Notes under the pieces: generated by a model
What the model saw: the letters and a program-made list of their open reading frames with translations, nothing else
Databases searched by the model: none
Told to the model about the DNA's origin: nothing
Made by a program: the position numbers and the translations under genes
NCBI RefSeq assembly: GCF_000142905.1
Contig: NW_013657597.1
Location: forward strand, 1 to 13,094
From: Thecamonas trahens ATCC 50062
Taxonomy: Eukaryota > Protista > Apusomonadida
Direction of reading: 5' to 3'
DNA: 13,094 nucleotides
Part shown: positions 1 through 7,696 of the stretch, piece after piece
Layout: every line of letters starts with the position of its first letter
Numbering within the stretch: the stretch's first letter is position 1

Positions 1-133
1 CCCCGTACCCTTACCCTACCCTACCCTCCTTCCCCCCCCCCCCCTACCCCCCCCACCCCCCCCCCCACCCCCCACCACACACACACACCACTCCACCCCA
101 CCCCACCACCTTCACATACCAGCCACCCGTCCC
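1..133. repeat. C-rich low-complexity tract with a short (CA)n run upstream of gene 1
   Basis: Poly-C runs, a (ca)n microsatellite at ~76-88, and almost no G before the ATG at 134. Confidence 0.7.
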
Positions 134-3100
134 ATGCTCACCGCCTCCTCTTGCCTGGTGGCCATGCTCTGCCTCGCCCTCGCCAACTTCCTTCTCTGCA
201 CGTTGGCTGACACGGCTGGCACCTCGCGGCCTTCCTACCTTCCAGCTCGCCCCAACTTCTTCACGGGCAGCGCCGCCATGACCTCAACTGCCGAAAGCAA
301 CATCGTGACGCGGACTGCGGTCGCCAACAACTCATGGGCCACGCGTGAGGTGCTGCCTCGTATTGGTCATGGCGTGGAGCGTTACACCTCGGATCCCTTC
401 GTGTATCAGTTCAAGCTCCTCGACGATGTCTGCCGGCCGTCCACGTCCCAAACACTCTGTGTGGGTGTGGGCGATGGCTATCTCGCCGAAGCCCACGTGC
501 TGTTTTTGCATACGAATGCTGTCTCGATCTGTGCCCGCGGTGATGTGTATGTCAACGGTGGCTTCGCAGGCACGCACCCGCTCCTCGAGGTCTTCCCTGG
601 CGACACCATCGAGATGAGCGTGGTCCTTGCCCGTGGCTTCGAGTCGGTGTACTTTGCCCGCAACGGCATCGCTGCCTCCAACGCCGCCTTTTCGTGGTCG
701 GGCATGAGTCGGTCCAATCCGGCCGGATGGTTCTCCGCTCAAATCTCGCTCTGGTGTGACGGCCAGGCCGTGGCTGTCGACGGCGGACGAACCTTCAACT
801 ACCCCGCTGCCCTCAACGACTATCGCGTCATCACCGACGCTACTTCTCCCGTTCCATCGCCGGTCACCGCTGGCTCCGGCGGGGCAGCCGTGCCCGTTGC
901 AGGCACCGCCATCCACCTACCGTTTGCCTTTCGCCTGTGGAAGGAGGCGCCGCTGCTCACCAAGCTCTATCTCTACCCCACGTTTGCCTCATTCCAGCCG
1001 TGGCCGACGGACCAGCCGGTCCGGCCGCTGCCGTCACCGCGCTACGTACCTTTTGTCGGTCTCTATGCCCCGCACTATGCGTCGTTGTCCATGACTGGCG
1101 TCACCTACGCTGTGAGCGGCCAGGCACCGCGCCGCGTCCTCACCATCTCTTTTGTCCACGCGACCGAGGGAATCTCCTTTGACGTCGTGCTGGCCGAAGA
1201 TCTCTTCACACTCACCTTTGCAGTCCGTACTCTTCCGTCGGCCTCGCCGGTACCGTTTGTCTTCGGTGCGCAGTCGTTCTCCAGCACCCTCGGCTACACT
1301 CTCTACTACGGCCCGGCCTCGGCTTCTCTCTTTGGCCCGTCCGCGGGGAGGCCCTGGTCAGCACCACTGTCGTCCTCGACCCGGACAACACAGAGACGTA
1401 CGGCGTCGCTACCGCACTCTTCAACAACTCGATGGCCCGCCTCGATGCACCCGCTCTTGCCGCCCTCTCCTCGCCCATTGTCCTTGAGCTCGACCCGATT
1501 TTTGACCCGATCTCCAGCACTCACATTCAACCTGCAGTCGCGGGCTGGCGCTTCTCCGACTCGGACCCGGCCTTGGGCCACCTCATGGCCACCTCGTGGT
1601 CCCTCGAGGTTGCGGCTGTAGAAGGCGGTGGGCACAACGGGACCACGCAGTGGCAATTACTTGACTCGGGCACGCGCGGCGTCAATGCCCGTCCCCTCTC
1701 TGGCGTCTTCCGCTCGCTGCGTCAGAACGGCCTCCGCTCGCGCCTATTGCGCCTCACTTTCTCGCCTTCCAACGCAGTCTACTCCTCGCTCGAGATCTAC
1801 CGCGACGTCAACGAGGAGGTCACCGGCTCACACGCCTGCCAGGCGTACGACTCCAGAGCGGTTTACAACCGTGCTGGCCTCTACAGATGTGGCTCTGATT
1901 TGGCGACACTCGAGGAGAATGAGGCTCTCGGCCTCCTCTCCACCATGGCCTTGAGCAACAACGCTTATGATGCCGGTGGCGCATCCGACGCTCATTGGAA
2001 GGTTACCAATGGCTATTCGGGAGTCTCCGGGGAAACTCCTGTCAAGGTGACAACCTTCCCGTCACCTCCATTTGCGAGCAACGGTCCGTCATCTGCCTGG
2101 ATCGGCACGAGTGCTGCCTGGCCGCAGCCCTACCCGCCTCGCCCGCATGTCTACTCGCTCGACTTTTCCATGCCCATGCCGTACTCGGACAACTGGAGGG
2201 CGAACGTAGATCCTCCGGTTGCTGCCTGTACCGCCGGTAGCCTGCAGGTCTCTGTCTGGTACAGTTCGCCCATTTACTCCATCCGTATCAACGGGCGCGA
2301 GGCCACTTCCAGTCCGCCGCTTCATACCTTGCCGGCAAACTCGACGGCCTCGTCCGTCTTGCTTGAGCTCAACGGCTTTTTGGACATCGGCTCTCAGGCT
2401 CTGGAGATCGTGACGTCGGGCATCCTGCGGGTTGACTTTCCAGCTTTCCGCAACCATGATTGGTTGCCTCTCCACTTTGTCGGCCCGTCCGCCACACACT
2501 GGACCGTCTCCGAGACCGCCGGTGTGGCCATGAAGGACATTCACTATCTCGACCGCTTCTTTGTTGACTGCCCCGATGGCTACGTCATGAACGGCGCCCG
2601 TTTCCGCCGTGTGGGCTCACACTTGCACACTTCGCATGGCCGTGACAATTACCTTGACCCGGTGACCTCGGCGGTGCCGCGCGCTGTTGTCCAGCTGAGA
2701 GAGTCTCCGAACTGGGGCGGCCTCGCCGGCCAGGCTCGCTGCCTCGCGGGCTCATCACTGGGCGGCGTTATTCACGACATTAACCTCTCCAACGTCATGC
2801 AGCCGTACGGCGGTGTCATGACCTCGCTCCTTGATCTTGCCAAGGTCGGTTTTGAGTGTCCAGCTGGTACCGCGCTTCAAAAGTTCCGCTTTGCTCGCAG
2901 CGGTGGTTGCAACAACCCCTCAGATTGGACCACGGGTGTGGTGGATTCCACGCAGTGTGTCTCGCCCATCGGCCAAGAAGGTCTTGCTTTTCGGTCAACA
3001 TGTGCCAATCTCACCGACCCGGCCGTCGCCTCGGCACCGGGCGTGTGGCGGAGTGTTGGCGTCGGTGCTCCCGTCCACGTGGCCGCTTGGACTTCTGTAG

Positions 3101-5305
3101 AGCAGCCGCAACTGTTGGAGCGCGTCGGTGTCCTCTGTCATCACAACGAGTACATGGCCGGCATCAAGTTTCGGGTTGGCGGCTGCGACAAGCATGTCAC
3201 CTGGGAGTCCGCTGTCGACACACCGCCCTGCACAGGCGACGAGAACAACCCTCAGAGGAACGGCATCATCATGGAGGCCTTATGCAAGCCATACCGGCCG
3301 CCGGCTTCCATATTTGCTAACGGCGTCCTCGCCCCCAACCGCACACACCCGCTGGTGGCCCTGTGGCTCTCAGCCGACGAGCTGGTGACAAGCGGCCACG
3401 CGCCCGGCTCCTCGATCGGCGTGTGGCCCAACATTGCCACAGGTGAGGCCTCGGTCACGCTCACGCATGCAGTGCAGAAGACGCCATGGCGCCAGCCGAT
3501 TCTCACCGCTCTGCCTGTGGGAAACGCCACTCGACACGCCGTGTACTTTGACGGTGTTGACGACATCCTGCGTGGCACAGGCGTCATCGGCCCAGCAGTC
3601 ACCTACTTTGCCGTTTTTGAGGACATAGGCACCAGCCATTCATGCTGTGCAGGCGTTCTCATCTCGATGGGCAGCACGGTTGCCAACCATGATGCGGCCC
3701 ATGGCATTTCGCTCGCCGGCAGTGGTCCGACAAAAGTTGTCCTGGACTATCCAGGCTCGGCTGACATGAGCACCACAAACGTGGCGGATGGCAAGAAACA
3801 TGTGGCGGTGCTCTCGTACAACACCACCGCCACCATGCTCTGGATCGACGGCGTGTTGGAGAACACCATTCCCTCTCACGTCCATCTCAACAACCACATC
3901 ATGATCGGCGCCCGCTACCGAGAGGTTCGTGACATGCTCGAGGGCTCCGGACTCGCGGACCGCTCCTTTAAGGGATACCTGTATGAAGCTCTTGTCGTCA
4001 ACGAGGCTGTCGATGCTGACGCCGTCAACGCCATGGCGTTTGGCCTCATGCAAAAGCACAGCGTGGCTCATGCCGGCAACGCCTCGTGCTACGCTCTGCC
4101 GCCTCTCTTCCGCGGCTCTGTCTGCGCCGGCCTCGGCCCGGCCGCCTGCTCTCCAGAGGGCGCATGCACAGTCTGCCCGGCTGGATCTTTGGCCCAGCAT
4201 GTACTGCGTGTACCTGCCCACATCCGCTGATCTGCGTCGACGGTGCGACCGGTAACGGCGCGTGTGCTTCCGCCTCCGCTCTGCCGCCGCCGCCATCGCC
4301 TCCACTGCCACCATCGCCACCGCCTTTGCCGTCACTGCCGCCTCCGCCACCACCCGTCGATGTCTCACCGCAGGAGGCAAAGACCGCAAGCGGGGTCTTT
4401 GCGTCGGACGAGCCTGCCCGGTCGCCCGCAATGGTGCTGGTCTACCTGGTGGTTTTCCTCATCCTGGTCGCCTTTATGCTGCGGATGACTATCAAGCGCA
4501 GGGTGCGGCGCAAGTACCGAGCACAGCCCGAGCACTGGCTGGGCGTGGACCTCGACCAGCTGGTCTTGCACACCCACTCGGTCACAGGCATTGTGGTGGC
4601 CTCGGCGGCCGAGGTCGCCATGTACCCGCGGATCGGGCGGAGCGTGGCCCTCCTCCTCAAACTGGAGACCATGCTCACCACCTCGGCCCTCATTCCGCTG
4701 CTGGATCCGGGCGCCTTTGAGGCCAACGACAATGCTATCAGCTTCGCCCGTATCCAGCAGACGCTCTTGGTCTCGGTCCTCGGCACCCTCATTGCTGCCG
4801 CGTCGGGTGTGCCGCTGGTCAAGTGGCTGCTGGCCGCCGCCGCAGACACTTCCTCTCCCAACTCGTCGGGCATCGAACTCGCTGCATTCGTCGCCTTTCT
4901 CCTCGCCGGCATCAATGCTGTCCTCGTTCTACTGCCAACTTGGCTCGACGGATACGCGCTCAACCTCCCGGCACTGGCCTTGCTATACGCCATGTCTGCT
5001 TTTGTCGCCATCTGCGTTACAGAGCCGCTCCTCATCATGAGTCAAGCCTGGCTGTTTGGTAAGATTGCCCTTCACGTCGCGTACGGCGGCAACGGTGGCG
5101 TCTCGCCTTCATCTTCTTCCGTCGTGCCAAACACGTCGTCGACAACATGTCGTCGGCTGCGACATCGCCACAGGCCGCCGCCGCAGACACTTCCTCCCCC
5201 AACTCGTCGGGCATCGAACTCGCCAACGTCGATGGCACTGGCAGTCGCAGTCGTAGCCGCAGTCGCCGCGGCTCTGACTCGCGCAGCTCGGCCACCGGTG
5301 TGTAG
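134..5305 (+). CDS. Large secreted/multi-pass membrane receptor- or adhesion-like protein (~1724 aa after repairing three -1 frame breaks at ~1310-1350, ~4170-4180 and ~5090-5102)
   Basis: Stitched from ORF 134..1621 (frame 2), 1432..4230 (frame 1, open from 1183), 4086..5432 (frame 3) and a frame-2 tail LAFIFFRRAKHVVDNMSS...SATGV-TAG(5303-5305). It starts with a hydrophobic signal peptide MLTASSCLVAMLCLALANFLLCTLA. C/G-ending codon bias moves from frame to frame at each junction. A Cys-rich EGF-like unit spans junction 2, and a 51-bp repeat encodes the same peptide on either side of junction 3. Confidence 0.75.
386..800 (+). other. SPRY/B30.2-like beta-sandwich domain within gene 1
   Basis: GDVYVNG...EVFPGDTIEMSVVLARGFESVYFARNG resembles the SPRY F-x-x-GD-x-I-G-x-x-x-D...x-F-x-x-NG pattern, followed by WFSAQISL...V...FNY. 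Judged by eye. Confidence 0.45.
1987..2442 (+). other. Galactose-binding-like jelly-roll domain of the kind seen in bacterial surface (PEP-CTERM-type) proteins
   Basis: DAHW...FPSPPFASNGPSSAWIG...YSLDFSM...SIRING...NGFLDIGSQALEIV...GILRV follows the D-x-HW/Y...FP..W..N...S.WI...Y...F...I.ING...F..G.N.L.F...GLRV layout. Motif recognition only. Confidence 0.45.
2536..3285 (+). repeat. Three ~95-aa Cys-containing protein repeats within gene 1
   Basis: Cores are IHYLDRFFVDCPDGYVMNGARFRRVG, LLDLAKVGFECPAGTALQKFRFARSGGC and PQLLERVGVLCHHNEYMAGIKFRVGGC. They are closed by GLAGQARC, GLAFRSTC and GIIMEALC, and spaced ~285 nt apart. Confidence 0.7.
3352..4065 (+). other. LamG/concanavalin A-like lectin domain within gene 1
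   Basis: LVALWLSAD...G..I..WPN...AVQ....QP...AVYFDGVDDIL...HVAVLSY...MLWIDG...IMIGAR...FKGYLYEALVVNEAV...LMQKH matches the typical LamG-like (Laminin_G_3/pentraxin-type) motif order. Confidence 0.7.
4087..4266 (+). other. EGF/laminin-EGF-like Cys-rich segment spanning frame break 2
   Basis: CAGLGPAACSPEGAC (frame 1) continues as LPGWIFGPACTACTCPHPLICVDGATGNGAC (frame 3). The C-x-DG-x-x-G-x-G-x-C pattern is stabilin-like EGF. Confidence 0.6.
4281..5119 (+). other. Proline-rich stalk followed by a multi-pass transmembrane region (about 4-5 hydrophobic helices)
   Basis: LPPPPSPPLPPSPPPLPSLPPPPPP is followed by MVLVYLVVFLILVAFML and the basic stop-transfer RMTIKRRVRRK. Further hydrophobic segments are LLVSVLGTLIAAASGVPLV, LAAFVAFLLAGINAVLVLL and LPALALLYAMSAFVAICVTEPLLIM. 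Confidence 0.7.
4832..4882 (+). repeat. 51-bp direct repeat, copy 1 (encodes AAAADTSSPNSSGIELA)
   Basis: ggccgccgccgcagacacttcctctcccaactcgtcgggcatcgaactcgc, 50/51 identical to 5173..5223. Confidence 0.95.
5173..5223 (+). repeat. 51-bp direct repeat, copy 2
   Basis: ggccgccgccgcagacacttcctcccccaactcgtcgggcatcgaactcgc. The single difference is tct/tcc (Ser/Ser), and the copy lies 341 nt downstream of copy 1. Confidence 0.95.
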
Positions 5306-5325
5306 CACTTTCCAACAAACGTTTA

Positions 5326-7236
5326 CTACGCCGACGGCTCGGACACGTCCGTGTGCTGGTACTTGGCAAGCACCCGCTTCGGGTAGCGCATGGCGTCGCG
5401 CCGGAACGGCTCGCCGAGCTCCTTGGTTGTAAGGATCTCCAGCACGGTCGGCCGCCCAGCCGCCTGATGCGCAAGCGCCTCCTTGAACGCGCCAGCCACG
5501 TCGCTGGCGGCCGAGACCTGAATCCCGACCGCGCCCATCGACTCGGCGACGGCGGCGTACGATGGATTCGTCAGCTCCGAGCCCACAAACCGGTCGCCGA
5601 ACCAGATGCGCTGGTTGAGGTTCTCGGCGCCCCAGATGTTGTTGGAGAAGACGACCGCGGTGACCGGAAGGTTCTCGCGAACGGCGGTCATCGTCTCGAT
5701 GAGCGACATCGACCACGCCCCGTCGCCGACATACGCCACCACCGGCCGCTCCGGCGCCGCAAGCTTGGCTCCGAGCGCCACTGGGTATGCGTATCCGCAG
5801 TTGCCAAACGTCATCGCCGCCATGAACGACTGTGGCTGCTCAAAATGGAGGTAGCCGTTGGCGACCGAGCACGTGTTCCCCACGTCGGTCGTCACGATGG
5901 CGTCGGCAGGCATTGCATCGCGGAGAGCCGCGAGCGCGGCCCGTGGCTTGACCCGCTCCTCGCCGGCGTCTGGCTGCGACCACGTATCCAGCAGCGTCGT
6001 CCATGCGCGCTTGCGTTCCGCCAGCTGTGCCAGCCGCGTCTCGGCCGAGCTTGCACTGGCCGGTGTCTCGCCGGTCTGCAGCGCTGCAACCAGAGCCCGT
6101 GCCGTCTCGCCGGCATCGGCCGCAATCGGCACATCAGCGTGCTTGGTCAGCGAGAGCCGCCGATGGTCGACGTCGACCTGGACGAGCGTCGCGTCGTGCG
6201 GCCAGTAGTCGTGTCCGTACTGCGGCGTCGTCCCGAACGGGTTGAGCCGCGAGCCGAGTGCAACAACAACGTCGGCCTCGCTAATCGTCTTCATCGCCGC
6301 CTGAGAGCCGCAGTACCCGAGTGGGCCGGCCGCTAGCGGGTGTGATGCCGGGAACGAGTCATTGTGCAGGTACGAGGTGACAACCGGTGCCGAGAGCGCC
6401 TCGGCAAGCGCCGCCGCTGCCTCGGGCCCGCCTGCCGACGCCGCCACGCCGCCGCCGGCAATGATGACCGGGTTACGGGCGCTGCGGATGGCCTCTGCCG
6501 CCGCGTCGACAGCTGCTGCCGCCGGAGCAGGGTGATGCAACGGTCGCGGCGTGGGAATGGCGTGCTCAGCCTCGCCGTAGAAAAAGTCACGCGGAATGTT
6601 GAGCTGCGTCGGCCCGTTCTCAGCCGTGGCGTAGTCAAACGCCCGTCCGGTCAGCTCCGCCATTCGGCTCGGCGCGTTGACCAGCGCCTGGTACTTGGTG
6701 ATCTTCTCAAAGACGCCGGCCTGGTCGAGCTCCTGGAAGCCGCCGAGGCCTTTGCTCACCGACGCGCACTCGGGCGTGATCATGACCACCGGCGAGTGGG
6801 CCCAGTACGCCGCCGCAATCCCGGTCACACAGTTGGACACGCCCGGTCCGTTCTGCCCGATGCACACGCCGTGCTGCTGTGACGCCCGCGCGTAGCCGTC
6901 CGCCATGTGCGCCGCGCCCTGCTCGTGCGCCGTCTGCACGAATCGGATGCCCTGCTTGGAGCTCCCGGCCGGTGTGGCAAAAGGAAACAGGTCGAGCGCG
7001 TCCATGAACGCCGAGCCGACGACTCCGAACACGTTCTTCACCCCATACGCCGCCAGCGTCTCCACAAACGCCTCCGAGTGGCTCATGTGCTCCTTGGTCG
7101 GCCCGCTCCAAGCAGCCGCCGCCGCAGAAAACTCGCTCCAGTCAGCAGCACGCCCGCCTCCCGCCGCCACCACTCCTGCCGCCATCCGTGCCGACACCCC
7201 TGCTCCTCCGCACACACGTGCAGCTGCGCTCAACAT
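5326..7236 (-). CDS. xsc: Sulfoacetaldehyde acetyltransferase (ThDP-dependent, EC 2.3.3.15) with a ~50-aa N-terminal extension resembling a mitochondrial presequence
   Basis: Uninterrupted 636-aa ORF with Xsc-type motifs: SEAFVETL, GVVGSAFMDALDLF, AHEQGAAHMADGYAR (catalytic Glu), GQNGPG, AAAYWAHSPVV, GLGGFQE, GPTQLNIPRD, AMTFGNCGYA, ThDP motif GDGAWSMS...NNIWGAE, and C-terminal ELGEPFRRDAM. These separate it from acetolactate synthase and other ThDP enzymes. Stop is TAG followed by TAA. Confidence 0.93.
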   Translation of the reverse strand: MLSAAARVCGGAGVSARMAAGVVAAGGGRAADWSEFSAAAAAWSGPTKEHMSHSEAFVETLAAYGVKNVFGVVGSAFMDALDLFPFATPAGSSKQGIRFVQTAHEQGAAHMADGYARASQQHGVCIGQNGPGVSNCVTGIAAAYWAHSPVVMITPECASVSKGLGGFQELDQAGVFEKITKYQALVNAPSRMAELTGRAFDYATAENGPTQLNIPRDFFYGEAEHAIPTPRPLHHPAPAAAAVDAAAEAIRSARNPVIIAGGGVAASAGGPEAAAALAEALSAPVVTSYLHNDSFPASHPLAAGPLGYCGSQAAMKTISEADVVVALGSRLNPFGTTPQYGHDYWPHDATLVQVDVDHRRLSLTKHADVPIAADAGETARALVAALQTGETPASASSAETRLAQLAERKRAWTTLLDTWSQPDAGEERVKPRAALAALRDAMPADAIVTTDVGNTCSVANGYLHFEQPQSFMAAMTFGNCGYAYPVALGAKLAAPERPVVAYVGDGAWSMSLIETMTAVRENLPVTAVVFSNNIWGAENLNQRIWFGDRFVGSELTNPSYAAVAESMGAVGIQVSAASDVAGAFKEALAHQAAGRPTVLEILTTKELGEPFRRDAMRYPKRVLAKYQHTDVSEPSA

Positions 7237-7696
7237 AATCTCTTCTATTTCTCAGAGTCAAGTATAACCCCTCCTGACGCTCACCTCTCTCTCCCTCTCC
7301 CCCTCCCCCTCCCCTCCTCCGCCTTCCACCCCTCCCTGTTGCACCCGTTCACCTGGCGGCACCTTTCTTACACGCCTGTGCAACTCTGGGGAAATCTCCA
7401 TTCTATATTTTTTTTCTTTTTCCCGCCAAACCCCAAACCACTCACCACCGCACACCGCCGCATGCGTCTCTCTGCCGACCGAACATCGGCAGACTCTCCC
7501 GCCACGCTCACCCGTCACGCTCACCCGCCACGCCCACCCGCCACTCTCACCCACACCCGCACACCAAGCACCCCACACCAGGCACCAAGCACAGACCTCT
7601 TACCCACACACAACCACACAACTCCACCAGCCCCCCCTCCCTCCCTCCCTCCCTCCCCCTCCCCCTCCCTCCCCACGCCACACCAACTTGCGCGCC
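7237..7696. promoter_or_regulatory. Divergent intergenic region (likely bidirectional promoter and 5' UTRs) between xsc and the kinase
   Basis: Lies between the two divergent start codons. The + strand is G-poor and C/A/T-rich, with a T-tract at ~7408-7421 and C-rich runs at ~7285-7335 and ~7630-7675. Confidence 0.55.

Noticed and set aside
6-28. (CCCTA)-like repeats resembling a telomeric seed
   Set aside because: Only about three or four imperfect units embedded in a general poly-C tract, and not CCCTAA arrays.
1250-1284. 35-nt GT..AG segment that would restore frame at break 1
   Set aside because: The removed and following sequence has strong coding-type codon usage in frame 2, and splicing would yield atypical codons (cac cct cgg cta cac tct cta cta). 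Not formally excluded.
5326-7236. Acetolactate synthase (ilvB) call
   Set aside because: Same ThDP superfamily, but GSAFMD, GQNGPG, AYWAHSP, FGNCGYA, WGAE and PFRRDA are Xsc-type rather than AHAS-type (PGGA, TSGPG, GTMG).
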